NCBI GenBank assembly: GCA_964304625.1
Contig: OZ199839.1
Coordinates: forward strand, 6,277,200 to 6,341,199
Direction of reading: 5' to 3'
DNA length: 64,000 bases
Origin: Kudoa neothunni
Taxonomy: Eukaryota; Animalia; Cnidaria
Part shown: positions 1-13,586 of the stretch, piece by piece
Position numbering within the stretch: the stretch's first letter is position 1
How the letters are laid out: every line of letters starts with the position of its first letter
Position numbers and translations under genes: made by a program
The notes under the pieces: generated by a model
Databases searched by the model: none
The model's input: only the letters and a program-made list of their open reading frames with translations
What the model was told of the DNA's origin: nothing

Positions 1-119
1 TATTGACACTAATTTTTAAATTCGGGTAGTTTCAATGCAAGAAAATAAATTATATTACCTGGGTTTATAATTTTGAAAAATCTTATATTATTGTCAATGT
101 TATTTTAATAAACAATTTT

Positions 120-480
120 ATCGAAAACAATGATGGTTTAATAACTTGAGAATACGTTACGGTCTGAAAAACTTTAAATTACACAAAAAACGAGGATCGC
201 TGATTTTAAATGTATTAGTCAATGAATAAGTAAGTCTTCTGAGAATGTATCGAGATACAACCCGGAATGCATATTAAATTTGGATGACAAGGCTCATTTT
301 TATGATCAGCTGATACAACACACGTAAATCACCAAATATAAACACAGTGTAAAGGGTATAAAACAATTCAAGGTGTATTACAGTTTTAGCCAATGATTAT
401 TCACCGAAGAAAAATTTCCTTAATACATAATAAGAAAATTTAAAAACCCCGGTGTTCTAATAGAATTAAATGCTTTCCGT
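120..480 (+). pseudogene. Degenerate Tigger/pogo DDE transposase fragment
   Basis: Reads YNPECILNLDDKAHFYDQLIQHT and ...KNPGVLI, matching YEECSIINMDETSLFYEQLLLHT and QNPGVLI of the Tigger copy at 14.1-14.6 kb. Contains stops and frameshifts. Start is approximate. Confidence 0.55.
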
Positions 481-484
481 TTAA

Positions 485-1130
485 CCCATACCGGGTCCAA
501 TGTTTAGACTTTATTATTTGATTTATATATACATATTATATCATTTATTAACAATACAGATGTAACAGATTTTTTTAAAAATGAAATATTTAATGATTTA
601 CAATAAAATTCATAATTGGCCCAAAACGCAATGAAAAACTACCGACGTTTAACTTTCTAATAGCAAGTTTGTGTTTGCGGTACACAAAACATATGATTTA
701 ATGTGAAAAAATAGGAAATAATTATACCTTATGGAATTTTTTTGAACATTTTATATACGTGTAACATTTGCAGTTGATACATAAATGTATTGTATTTTTT
801 TACAAACTATACGTCTGCGTTTCTTTTTTGCACAATGATTACACTTCAAGTTTTGATAAGGACGATGTTCTAGATAGTTTTTCATGATCATTAACGCTGA
901 TTAAACATGTTGCAATATTTCTGATATGTTCCAACAATTTTATTTTTTCATCATTTGGATAGGTAACCAATTTATAGAAGTTTAGCACCACCAAGGATAA
1001 TATATTCGTAAACAGGGCCAATAGCATATTTAGGTCTTTATATTGAGTATGTAACATGAAAATGAAGCATCGATGACATCGACTCCTCCCATATATTTTG
1101 TTGGCAATGTCTATTGGCCCGAACAAAATG
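485..1130 (-). mobile_element. piggyBac transposase 3' relic
   Basis: Minus strand reads KYMGGVDVIDASFSCYILNIKT*ICYWP (piggyBac GGVD motif), followed by a Cys-rich basic tail near 770-840. TTAA|CCC end at 481-487. The other end was not found. Confidence 0.55.
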
Positions 1131-2394
1131 ATTTATTTAATTTTCGAGCTTTTTATTATAGCAAATCTGTGTTGTCTGATATAAACAACATGCAATTGTT
1201 TAATTAATTTTTTTATCGAGTTATATAGTTTAAAAATAGGCTGCGACTATTGGCCCTGACGTCTTGCCAATAGACACTTCCTATACATAAATTTACTGAA
1301 TTCAGTATAGTTGTTCTTTGTTATATTATGAGCTATTAACAGATGTCTGTTTATACCGTCAGTTATTCGCTTAACTGTCATATCTTTAAAAATTTTTAAC
1401 CTCCATAAATTGCATTTGGCCATTCGATTCTCGTTTGCTTCTTTAAAACAACCAAAATTAGCTAACATTCATTATGAAATTTTAATAAACTTATATAATA
1501 TAACACAAATTCTTTAATAATAAACCAAAAAATAATGATAAAATTCTAAAAATGTGTGATGTACTTCATGCGCTTGACGTGACACGCGTAGAAACCCTAT
1601 TCGTAATTTCTAGGATTGGGCACGCGGTACTGAGGAGGATACAATGCTATAAATCAACTATAAAGATAATTTATTGTGGGGTAAATTTATCAGTTATAGA
1701 AAAATTCGTATGTTTTCTGACAATTACATTGTGTACTTTTCGTTCAATATCCGTTTGATGTTTATTACTATTTAAACCATGATATTTCAAGTAATGTCTT
1801 AAATCAGACAAATAAGAGAGAAGGAAATTTTGAATGGGATAATTCTTCGTCCTATGCATCAAATTTGTGAAATTTGTCGTCTCTGTACCAGTTACGATCA
1901 CTTATAAAATCATTAATATTGGCGTCATTTTCAATATTGTTTCCACTCCACGCCATCGTTAATTTTGTAAAAACTTTATTATTTTTTATTTTTTTTTTAA
2001 AGTCCTAACTCAGTTTTTATTACCTCCCCCCCATTTCACCACCAATCGAAAACAAAAATCTCAACGCATCTGTCGAATTTACTTAGCGCTAATAGAACTC
2101 ACAGTTTTTAAACGTCACACGAATAAGATAATCTAGTGTAAGTTATGATATTTTTTTAGTAACCTTATTTTTGCATATATCGATTTTATCGATAACATCT
2201 GAAAAAGTTACGAACCACACGTCACTACAAATAATCCAGATAAAACCTAATTAATTAATTAATTTAAAAATACTTTATTTATATTCATGATGGTCAAATA
2301 AATATTTTATCAGGGTTCGAGAAATAAATAATTTATTATAATCTTATGTGTACGAAATTTTGTAATATTTCCACAAATTACGAACTACACGTCA

Positions 2395-3468
2395 CCCACT
2401 GTATATAAAGCTGTAATGTCCGTGTGTGTGTCCAAATTTTCTAAAAATCACAGTGTTTCAAAAATCTTTAAATCGTTTTTACACTACCGAATGTTCTCCA
2501 AAGTGTTTAGAAAATGGTGATTTGGTCGATTAAAAATGTGCTAAACGGATTACCCGGTTACAACGATAGGGTTAACGTCAGCTTATGTCATGATGACGAT
2601 CGGTTGAAGTAACATTCTTTCTTATATGCTTTATCAACTTTAAATTAAACTTTACCATATAACTCTATGTATACGGTTGATGTTTCAATTTGGATGTTTT
2701 TGCATATACACTCCTTATTTGGGGAGTTTTTAACGTATTTGACTTGGTAAACATATTTTGTAGGTTCTATTAATGGTTTTAAATATGATAAAAAATTTAT
2801 ATATCTTTCATGAATAAAGAATTGATTGATAAGGTTAAAAGTACATTGATTGGAGCATTATAATGGAAATACTACGTCGATATATTTCATTGAAATCGTC
2901 CGCTAAGTTTAACTTCCCGTGATTAAATTCAGTGAAGATGGCTGTACTTTTATTTCACACAATTAATTAAATTGTTTATGTTGAATTTGACGCGATTTAT
3001 GGCTGTTTATGAGGAAAAGTACTTTAAGCCCTTGCCTGGCCAAGGGATATTAATTTGAGCAATCAAAATTAATTTTCTTCTGTCTCTATATCCTTTTCTA
3101 TCTATTTGATTCCCGTAAGCAGTGGTGCATAAACCTTCTGATTGGAGACAAAAATAACATTTAGGTATCATTTTAATGGAATTTAAACAATTCGGATATG
3201 CAAAAAATACGACACTGACAATTAAATATTTAGAGTTGGTGCCGACCCACGAAATTTTTAAATGACCGCCGAAATTGATACTTTCCTTCACACAAATGAC
3301 CATAATTTAAATTTCGCGAATCCAAATCGTTGAAAGTAAGTTACTTAAAATTTTTTAGATATTTTGCATCCATGGATTAATTTGAAATTTAAATATATTT
3401 TTTGAATATTATTAAGAAACGAATCTATGCGAAATCTCTCCCAAACAACACTGGGTGGTTCCCGCCAG
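2395..3468 (+). mobile_element. Non-autonomous Helitron, family 1 (~1.1 kb)
   Basis: 5' tatataaag...gtccgtgtgtgtg; 3' hairpin cccaaacaacactggg then ccag|t (decayed CTAG). Aligns by eye along its length with 49373-50485 and 34743-35902. Confidence 0.8.
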
Positions 3469-3878
3469 TTTATGATAAAATTAATATAAATTGTTGGTTG
3501 AGCATGCGCATAATGAGGCCAAAAATACACTCAGTAACAAAATTGATACATCATTTAAGATTTCATCTAATATGTGGAAAATATATTGCTAATTGTAGAA
3601 TAATATTTCTCGCGATATTTTAAAAATAAAAAATTTAATTAAATTTAAATTTAGAAAACATAGATCCGCTTATTAATATCAATAAAAATATCACCAACAT
3701 AATAGTTGTTTATGGTACTTATTGTATTCAACTTATGAATATATTAATTATTTAATAGAAAACTTGGTATTTAATTCTTCCGACTTAATTAAATCAATAG
3801 GTTTTTCGTTCTTAAATAACAATATAAATCTATATTCATATATAGAAATACTATTAGACGTCATTATCATCTCCAAAA

Positions 3879-6800
3879 ATGATAGTAATATCGGAGAGAG
3901 TGAGGTATTTATCCTCAATGTGCATCTTATTTCTTACGTGTAATTTTTTAATTCTTTATAATAACTATTTCTTGTTAGTTTTTCTTGGAAATATCGTCAC
4001 GACACACGACATCGATAATAATATAATGAAACTGAATTTTCAATCAAATACTAAAAACTTTGTTGTATCACTTTCTGGGTACAATATTGAAAATAGCCAC
4101 AGGAAATGTGCTCTGCAGTATTATGATAATGATGATAGGTCACTTAAAGCTATTCCAGATTGTAGCACTAATATTAAAAATGCTAAAGATGATGCAGATT
4201 CAAAAAGTTGCATTTATGATTGCAAAAAAATTGAAATAGAATTTGACTATGAGAAATTTAAGAAAATTAAAAATTTAAGATGGTGTCAAGGGAAGAGCGA
4301 AGATGATGTAAAAAGGTGCCCTATTAAGAGAGTATTTAATGTCAAAGGTATTTAAATATCATTTATTGTTCAAAAATTATTATATAAAGAGCTATACATA
4401 AAAAGCGTTCACACTGTTGTAAAGAATAATTACGATTTTTTCGTTTCCGCTACAAGTAAAGTCAATAAAGGTTTTTCTATCAAAGTTGACGATACAGAAG
4501 AAACTAAGCAGGATCCAACTGATGACTTTTACACTGCAAAAACTAAAGCTCTTCATACAAAATCATATCAACCAAAATATTTGGTTATATTCAATGATCA
4601 ATCCCCAGAGATATTTCTCAATCCTAAAAAACCAACTGAAGATTGGTTTATTGCGACTGGAACAAAACAAACTGTTGAAACAAAGCGTTATTATACAATA
4701 CAGCTACAGAACCCAGAACCATCAAAGTTATGTTACTTCGGTATAAAAGAAATTGACGATTCACACTTTTCGTCATCGTGTTCAGATATGAATAAAGCTG
4801 GCCCATGCCTACAACCCTGCTATAAAGCAACATTGTTGCATTCAAGTGATTTTAACTTCGCTCAAGTGCTTATAAAATCAATCGGTCAATCATCAACAAA
4901 AGAATTTATTCAAACTGTGACATGTATTTAATTGAGTACTTTTAACTTTTTTATAGATTTTTAGTTGGTAGCAGTCAACTCTCCGTTGACTATACAGATA
5001 ATATTAGTCAGATGACTATCGATTTATCTAACTTAAATAAAAATCAAGATGGCGCTTCAGAAGTTGGAGAAGTGACTACAGAAGTAAAAATAATGAAAAA
5101 ATATTTGGGTATTGAAAATTTCGATGAGGCTGCATCATGTAATGGTGGTTGTGATGGTTTCTCTCAAAAAACTATAACAAGACTTTCACCGCTAACTGAA
5201 TACATTCTAAAAATAAAAATAACAGGATTAAAAACTTTAGATTCGCCAGAAGTGAAATATTATCATCTATATTTTTATTTCAAAACCAAAGGTAATATTG
5301 TATTTAAATATTTTTTTAAATGGTTAAATAGGGGAAAAATTTGAAAGCGGAAATAAAGTCACAGCAACGTCTACTACTGATATACATACACAGTTATCGC
5401 TGACTATCGCCAATCTTTTTGCAATTAAGTCTAATAATGACGCCATATGTGAACTTTACTACTTTGAGGTTGACAATGAATCAGCGAAGTTCCCTGCTAC
5501 TTGCAAAAAAGATAATAAAAAAATGTTTTGTTCTGATACTTGTAAAGGTCCTTTTACGATTATAAACCTTAACCCAAAAACGAACTACAAAATCACTGTT
5601 TGCTCCAAAGGTTATGCTTGTATTGATAGCTCTGAAGTTTATAGTATTTTTACAATAATAACACAAAAATTATTTTAAATAGCTACTGGAATCGAGGTAA
5701 ATGTACAAAAGTCAGATGACGCTAGCGCAACAAAAACGATTATCACCATGACTGCTTCTTCAGATGGAAACCTTGGAAATTCTTGGAGATATATTTTGAT
5801 GGAAAAAGAATCTTTAGCAACTATTGTTGATTGCTTGAACAACGATTGTTCTTCCGATTTAACCTCTAATACAATAAATATTAAATGGCAAATTCTGACT
5901 GACGATATTTCTTACGAAGTAATTGTAGTTAATGAAGATTACGCTTTGCCAACAAAAATTGAAACATCAAGTAATTAATTAATAGAAAATTAAATGCATT
6001 TGTTGTAGGAGGATTTGTTGAGGGTGATCACAAAATGATTATGCGATTCTATGCAAATGAACAAAAATATAAAGTGAAATTCAAGAATGATTTGTTCACT
6101 GATAAAGATGAAGTACAATGCACTGTTAAAATATTAAATGATAAATTAACTAACTATGAAAATGGCGGTGACAATAATACGGAAGTTAAAAAAACCTTCA
6201 AAGAGCTTAAAAAAGGATTTATTACTATTAATCATAAAAACCAAAACATGCGGAATTATATTTCCGTCACTTATTCAGTCAAAAAAACAACTGAACCTGG
6301 TGAATCGGTAATAACTTCAAAAGGTCCTGTGAAAGTATCGATTTACATACTTTTAATTAATATTTTTTATGTTATTGACAAATTTTTTTATTAGTCACAA
6401 ATAACCAGTACAATACAAGGCTCATCAAAACCGACCACCTTCACTGTAGGGCGGGTCTTTTCGTACTACATTGGTAATATCAATTTTAGTAATTATTGAA
6501 ACTTGTCTTAGATCATTATGAGGAGATTAAACACACAGCGACATTGCATGGAGACAATATCAAACTTTCAGTAAATAAGTGCCCCTTAAGCTGCGATGGA
6601 TACAAGGATGAAACCAAGCTAGATTCTTGCTCTGTAAATCAATCTGGGTCACCATGTAACAATGATAGTTGTTCATTTCAATTCGACGAATTAGTTGAAG
6701 ATTATTACATACGTTGTCCAACATATTTCGACTTCCACTATTTTTATGAAAATACTTTTATTAAAAATTACGCACCTGTCTTCAGCAGATTTTATTATGA

Positions 6801-7091
6801 ATTAGCGGTAAATGATGAGAAAAATAAACTGACCATTAAATTGGTTAATGAAGAACCTTCCGAAATATGCACCTTTGAATGGATTGACGCAACTAGCTCA
6901 TCTTCTAATCGATTTTTTTCAAACAACTGTGATAATAATGCCAACTGCATTTATAGTTTATGTAGTAACGTTACGTTTGGAGATATTCCTTCAAGTGTGA
7001 AAGCAGTAAAAATACGCGTTCTCAAATTAGGAATGGAACCTACCATTGGCTATCAAAATAATATTTATATATGTAAGGTTCGAATAATATT

Positions 7092-7126
<35 letters not shown>

Positions 7127-10100
7127 AGTGGAACATGGTAATGATGTCCCTGTGGCAACGTCGAGCGATGGTGGAATGATAACAGTTAATATAATAGATA
7201 AAAATAAGGACGAAAATGGTCAAGCAATAACTACTGCATCTCCTGTAATATGCGAGATGAAATTTTGGAATGTGTATGCTCCATTAATTAGCGAAACTGA
7301 AAGGAAAACTGTTGACAGCCCAACAAATTGTATTTTTGGAGAAATAAATATTACACCAAATCCAACTAATCTGCTAAATGATGTTATGGTAACATTAAAA
7401 AATATACCCAATTATTCACCTAGAAAATACTTTTACCATAAAATAAGTAATTATTACTAATTCAAAATGTTAAAATATATTTTGTAGCCCAATCAATATC
7501 TCTTTCTGTTCAAGATAATGAAGTTGATCTTAATGCAGACGGTTTCACACTTACTCCGGACACCAGCACAAATATTTGTAAAATTTACGTAAAAGAAAAT
7601 AAAAAGCTTTATTACTATCCTGCTATATGTTCAGAAAATAAATTGTGTGTGGATAAATGCAACGTAAAATTTAACATCATTGGGTTGCATTCAAATACCA
7701 ATTATGTTATAAAAATTGTTCCTAGTGGAACTTATGCGATCAAAACGATTGAAAATAAACAAACAAGTATAAGTTTTATTTGTCATTAAATATATTATAA
7801 ATAGATGGAGATACAATTGTATTCAAAGTTTCGCCTGATTCTACCAAAAATAATTTAATAAAAACCAGTGCAAATGATGCACTTGATAATACTGAAAATT
7901 GTTATTACCAGTTTTATGTTCACGAAGATGGAAATAGTAACAAAAATAACTTTACATTGATAATTTTTGTTTAGCTTCACCCACACGTATAAAACAGTCA
8001 TGTGTTGAATGCGATAAGGGAATAAATAATAATAATAAGGACATCAAAAAATGTGGCAATATTCAGTTTGATCATAATCTCTATAACAATAAGCATAATT
8101 ACAGATTAATGATCTATGCAGAGGGAAAATCTTCACCATATAAAATCGTAATTCCAGGTAGAATTCATCAAATTTTATTGTGTAATATTTCGTTAGCATT
8201 TTCTCGAATTGGGAAGATATCACAACAATTTTCTCAACAATCTCAAAATGTAATTACAAAATTATTAATTACCTTGTCAGGATTTTCAACTGCAAACAAA
8301 TGCGCCCTGAAAATATCAAATTTTGATGATAATCCAAGATTCATTAAACCAACTTGTTCTTCAGTTGAGAAAGACAATTTATGCTTTATGCCGTGTACAG
8401 AAAAAAATACTGATGTAGGATATATTAATTCCAAAATTGATCGGTACATATCTGTTTGTTATGGTGAAACGGATGAAAAAGCAAAAACATGCAGAAAAGC
8501 TAGAGTTTTCTCGCTCAAAATGGGTAAGTATATGTTTTTCATTCTTAATTAAGTTGTCAAAATAAAATACATTATTTTTAAAGAATGTTGACGTATTGAT
8601 ATTATTTTGCCTATTATATTTTAGGAACCAATCAAAAAAATACTTACAAAATAACTCATGGTGACGGCGAAATAAGTCTTTCTTATAAGACAACATCAAA
8701 AAATAATTGGATGCTGCATGTCGATGGAAAAATTGATCCAACCTCGGACAATAAACTAAATAATTTAGATGTAACAAGTTACCCAAATACGGAAGAAGAA
8801 AAAACCGCAACTTTCTCAATCGATAGATATATGAGTTACTATAAGTTTAGCTCAACACTTTTATGGCCTGGAATATTCTACTTCACGAATACTACCGTAT
8901 TGAATAGCACTATTCCTCTAAAATCAGAGATTATTTATTCTATAACGGCTGTTGAAAATAACAATAACCAACTGGAAATTAAATTCTTTCCTGGACCATA
9001 TAATGACGAAATGTGCCGTATAAAAGTATTCGAAGTGGATTCTAATGGCAACGATCAATTAAATAAAGTTTTAAATGAATGTGATAAACCAGAAAAAGGA
9101 TGCTATCAACTTTGTCAAGATGCTATTATTAATTTCAAAGGAGAACATCAAAAGATTGGCGTAACTGTTAAAAGAAGATTTGATTCTGTTGGATTTAAAC
9201 AATATTTTAAAAGTAATATTTAGATTATTTATAAATTTATTTTTTCATAGGAGGAGACAAAAACTTTGAATTGAGTGAAATTACTAATTCTGGACTTAAA
9301 CTTACTGGTCTACACAACTACAAGAGTATTAAAGAAGGAGAAAATGAAGCAGCATGTATCATTAAGATTCGTAAAGCAAATACAATATCTCCTGAAACGA
9401 TACCTCAATGTAGTGATGGTGGTTGTGATATTAATTGTAAAGAGTCATATACTATTACTGGTCTTACAGCCGGTACAAATTACATGATTTCCGTCACAGT
9501 TTCGAATCTTGGTTTTAGCGAATCTTATGTCAAAAAAGTCTTTTTTAGAACAAGTAAATTCAAATACATCCATCATAACATTTATATATATTTAGTTGAA
9601 GGAACTGGGTTAGCTACATTAGTAAATTCAGATTTAACGATTAAGGCAGGCACTGCTACAGTGACACCTTTTCAAGACGATAATTCACTTCCAATATGTC
9701 GAATTTATCTCAGAAGAAAAGTTCAAATGTCTCCAAAATTTATGGCTACATGTGAAGGAATTGGAGCTTGCGAGCATAAATGTAACAATACATTCAAAAT
9801 AGTAAATCTGGAATTGGGTGTTAATTACGAAGCAATCGTCGAACCGTCAAATGGGAAAAATGAGAAAAAATTTGAAATTGAAACAAGTAATAAATATTTT
9901 ATCATGTTTTAATAAAAAAGGTGAATAGCTAACGTCGAGACAAATATTGCGTTAACGTACGACAAAGATAGTGATATAAAAATTGACGTAATTTTTACTG
10001 AAAAAAAGACGACCGCTAAATGTCCATTCATGTTGCACGAGAAAACTCATGAAAATAAACCGGAGCCAATAGTTCTTTGGTGCAGTGACGAGGAGGAATG

Positions 10101-10796
10101 TTCAGCCAATAAATGCGTTATCAGTCTCAATGGGCTATCGAGGGAAAAGGATTATAAACTAAGTGTGAAAGTGAAGGACTTGTCAACTTATAGAATCCAT
10201 GATATTCCTTGTAAAATATAAACTTAAAATTTAATAATTTCATTAAAACAAATAATAATTTATATGATAAAGACTTGAATATTTCAAAATCGCAAGGGTG
10301 ATATTAATATTATCAAAACTAAATATATGTTTAATGATATTTTTAGTAAATTTTACATCGAGATTGATGTAATCTGAATATCTATAGAAGAGCATAACAT
10401 AAGGAGTGAATATATCAATATTATAGTAGATGGCATTGTTCAAAAAGTAATTAGGAAAGTTGAAACGGGGTAATAATATCATTATTTAACTGTTATAATT
10501 AAATTTATTTTAGTATACTTTTTTTAAATTTATTAACACTAAAGATACATGTAGATAGTAAAGAACAGTACGACCAAGAAGCTGCGAAAAATATTAATTC
10601 GTAAATGTAAAAAGATGTTTCATATTTTTAATTTTTAATAGGTCGGTTGGAAGATATATGTAAAATGGTATACATTTCTATGTGATTTATTTATTTTAGT
10701 GTTTACGCAATGATTCCAATTGTGGCTGGATTATTGGTAGTGATAGGATTAGTAGTTTACAGAAGGAAACCCAACGACGATACCTATGAGTTGTAA
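3879..10796 (+). CDS. Paralog A: large Cys-rich type I membrane protein with tandem FN3-like modules (~1,900 aa estimated, >20 short introns)
   Basis: Spliced N-terminus MIVISERVRYLSSMCILFLTFFLGNIV (intron 3940-3978). Collinear ORF chain 3879-10221 joined by GT-AG introns. Repeats end in FN3-type motifs (LSPLTEY, LNPKTNY, LHSNTNY, LTAGTNY, LELGVNY). Last exon VYAMIPIVAGLLVVIGLVVYRRKPNDDTYEL*. Confidence 0.85.
7095..7122. repeat. (TA)n microsatellite inside an intron of paralog A
   Basis: Uninterrupted TA run just before the tttag acceptor; the equivalent introns of B and C have shorter runs. Confidence 0.8.
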
Positions 10797-11399
10797 GCAC
10801 ACTAACTTAATCATAGATTAATATTTATTATTATTATATTATTATTCAAAAGATATATTATTACATATTAGTATTATTTATGCTAATTATTTTTACATTT
10901 TTATTCGATTTAACTACGATATATTTTATTGTTCCTGTGCGAGTAATATAATGAGTAGTAAACGACACTCATTGCTTGAAAATTTCATAAAATCATTTCA
11001 CATTAAATTCATTGTCATTTGAAGTTGCGATTATTATTCAAAATATCTAAAGAATTTTTTTTCATTAATTAAATATTTCAAATAAATTAAGTAGATAGTG
11101 AAACTCAATTGAATAACCAAAATCTAACAAAGTCAAATGCATATCAAATTGTAATTATTGTTCTCACAATGGGCAATCATCTAATACTGAGAACTCGCCA
11201 CCATGTTCTCTTGAAACCAACAAAGTTTCAGGTAAAGTTATTTCTATAACGTGTTTTGATTGGCATTATTAGAGTTAGTTTTACCCTCAAGAATAAAATG
11301 CTCAGGTTTCCCAAATGGTACATCAAATAGAGTAATTGGTTTAAAACGTTCAAATTGATTTTCCCAGTCGTTTTTTAATCTAACGGAAAAACAAAAACT

Positions 11400-12350
11400 T
11401 TATAGGAATTAAAATACATTTTGTATATTTTTAACAATTATTAAAAATGCTTTGTTGGTTTGTTGATAACAAGGTAGCTGTTAGAGTATTGAGGGGCGGA
11501 ATAGTTATCGACGAAAATAAAGTCGAGATTTTCTCTGGTAACGTAAGCGATGCCGTCCTTGATCCAAAAATTAATAATGAACAAATCTTTCCCTACTTTT
11601 CTAATGATTCTCTATTAACATACAAACAATAATAACTCTGAAGAAAGCTACTGGCTACAGATGTCTTGTATGTAAAGAAACTTCTAAAAACTATGAGTCA
11701 TCTATAAAATTAATTTAATGTCTTGAAAATGAGGGCATAAAATTTTCGTGGAATTATCCAAAATATTTTTATCTGTACCTCGAATAGTTTTCTCCATTCG
11801 ACGCTTCGGTGTTAAGGTTGATAGAGTAAACAATTTTTTAGGGCGAAATTGGAATTATCAAAAAACAATCTAAGGTTCAGTACATCCCTCAAGTCATCAA
11901 TGAAACATTTCACACCATCTACTCCAAATCTCATCTGTTGGCTTTCTATCGTAAATAGAAAAGCTATACGCGTAACCATATGAAGACCTCATATCCAATT
12001 TTTAAACTCAAAGCGTAAAGGTTTCCCTCTCCTAAACACCTTACAGGAATTATGTCCTTAATATGGTACCATTCGCACATTTGTGATGTTCATTTTAAAA
12101 ATTTCATACTTTCTTAAGTTTAAATTCATTTTTTCAATTCACGGTTGTTTATTTATACAATTTATCGCCCTTGTCCATTCTCACGCTATGATTAAGATGG
12201 AGATACCTCCTAATGGATTTGAAATGTTTATATGTCATCGCTTTATTCACTGACATTACTCCAGAATCTACAGCGTCTTCCCAACACATATATTACCAGG
12301 TTAATGTATGGTAGCCGGTGAGTAACATATATTATTATAGTGTTAAGTTG
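11400..12350 (-). pseudogene. Highly decayed Ty3/Gypsy RT-RNase H relic
   Basis: Minus-strand FGVDGVKCFIDDL (YxDD-type motif, ~11890-11930), a preceding RLPYG-like remnant and PVAFF (~11640-11660). No long ORF; boundaries approximate. Confidence 0.45.
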
Positions 12351-12892
12351 TTCGACTCTCGGATTAAAAATGTGATCGTTTTTCAGTTAAATATATATAT
12401 ATATATATATATATGTGATCGCTTTAAAATCATCATTATGATGTTATCGTCAAAATGTTGTTGAAAAACATTATAGGACTCACAACTCTTTCCTAAAATT
12501 TATGCAGGCTCTTCACATAAATTTTAACCGGTAATAAACTATGCATGATCGTTGAAATTTCGCGGCCTAATTTTATTTGGAGAAGATTTTTTAGGAAGGA
12601 GAAACTTCATCTTCAAAAAATTTACTAATTATTTTCATGCTGCATCTCAATCTCTCCACATATTTTGGGTGCGATTCTTATACCCGTATCCACTATTAAA
12701 TTTGGCACCAAATTATCCTCCCCATCCATTAAATCTTCAACATTGATTGGAGAAAGAGTTACAAAACTTTGAAGGCTTTTCCTTTTTATCGCAAAATTCA
12801 TTAACAGCGTCTAATAAATTTTTTTAACGTATTACATATACCACGAATTTCAACAATCTGTTAAAGTATTAAATGAAGATTTCCACGTGGCG

Positions 12893-13139
12893 GAGTTACT
12901 GTTCCTTTTTCGGCTCATGTTTTTTTTTGTTGATACTTTTCTTAATTCCAAACGTATATCAAAGAAAAACAAAATTTTGAGTTCCACATATATATAATAT
13001 TAAATCACAAATTTATTCTTATTTTGAAAATTACGATCGATTGAATGTTCCAAGATATATTTTCATTTATAAACAAATCTGTTTATCGACAAAAGTGAAA
13101 ATCATATTTTATTCGTGTGCCGAAAAGGAACACTAACTC
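12893..13139. mobile_element. Putative MITE with ~26-bp terminal inverted repeats
   Basis: gagttactgttcctttttcggctcatg versus cgtgtgccgaaaaggaacactaactc. The TIR resembles the Merlin TIR at 44186. No TSD seen. Confidence 0.4.
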
Positions 13140-13144
13140 TTAAC

Positions 13145-13438
13145 GAGTTAACTGGATTTAAATAACTCGGGAATGGAAAAAAAATACGACACATATTAAA
13201 TTGTTTAGCGTTAGTGTCAGGACAAGAAATTATTAATTCAAAATCAGGATTGATACGCTCCTGCAGTGAAATTATCACGATTTAAAGTTCGAAACAAAAT
13301 TCGACAAATTACGATGTTTTAAAAAATTTAGTTTGACCTCTTATATAAATTAGTTTGAAACATAATATTTCATTTAATGTTATAAAGAAACGTCTCTTTG
13401 CGAAATCTTCTCCAGGCAACGCCGGGGGATCGCGCTAG
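13145..13438 (+). mobile_element. 5'-truncated Helitron, family 1
   Basis: Matches the last ~300 bp of the 49373-50485 copy; hairpin ccaggcaacgccggg followed by gCTAG|T. Confidence 0.75.
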
Positions 13439-13586
13439 TATTATATAAATTAATATAAAATAAATTTTTTTATATTTTATTTTAAAACTTTAAACATTTC
13501 AAATCATTCATGAGAAAATTTCATATTGATTCTTAAAATTAATTAAAAAGTATCTCTTGAACTAGGATTACGAGAAACCTGAACCA

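Noticed and set aside
12540-12892. Possible hAT transposase relic (TRWNS-like remnant, minus strand)
   Set aside because: Similarity needs several frameshifts; not supportable by eye.
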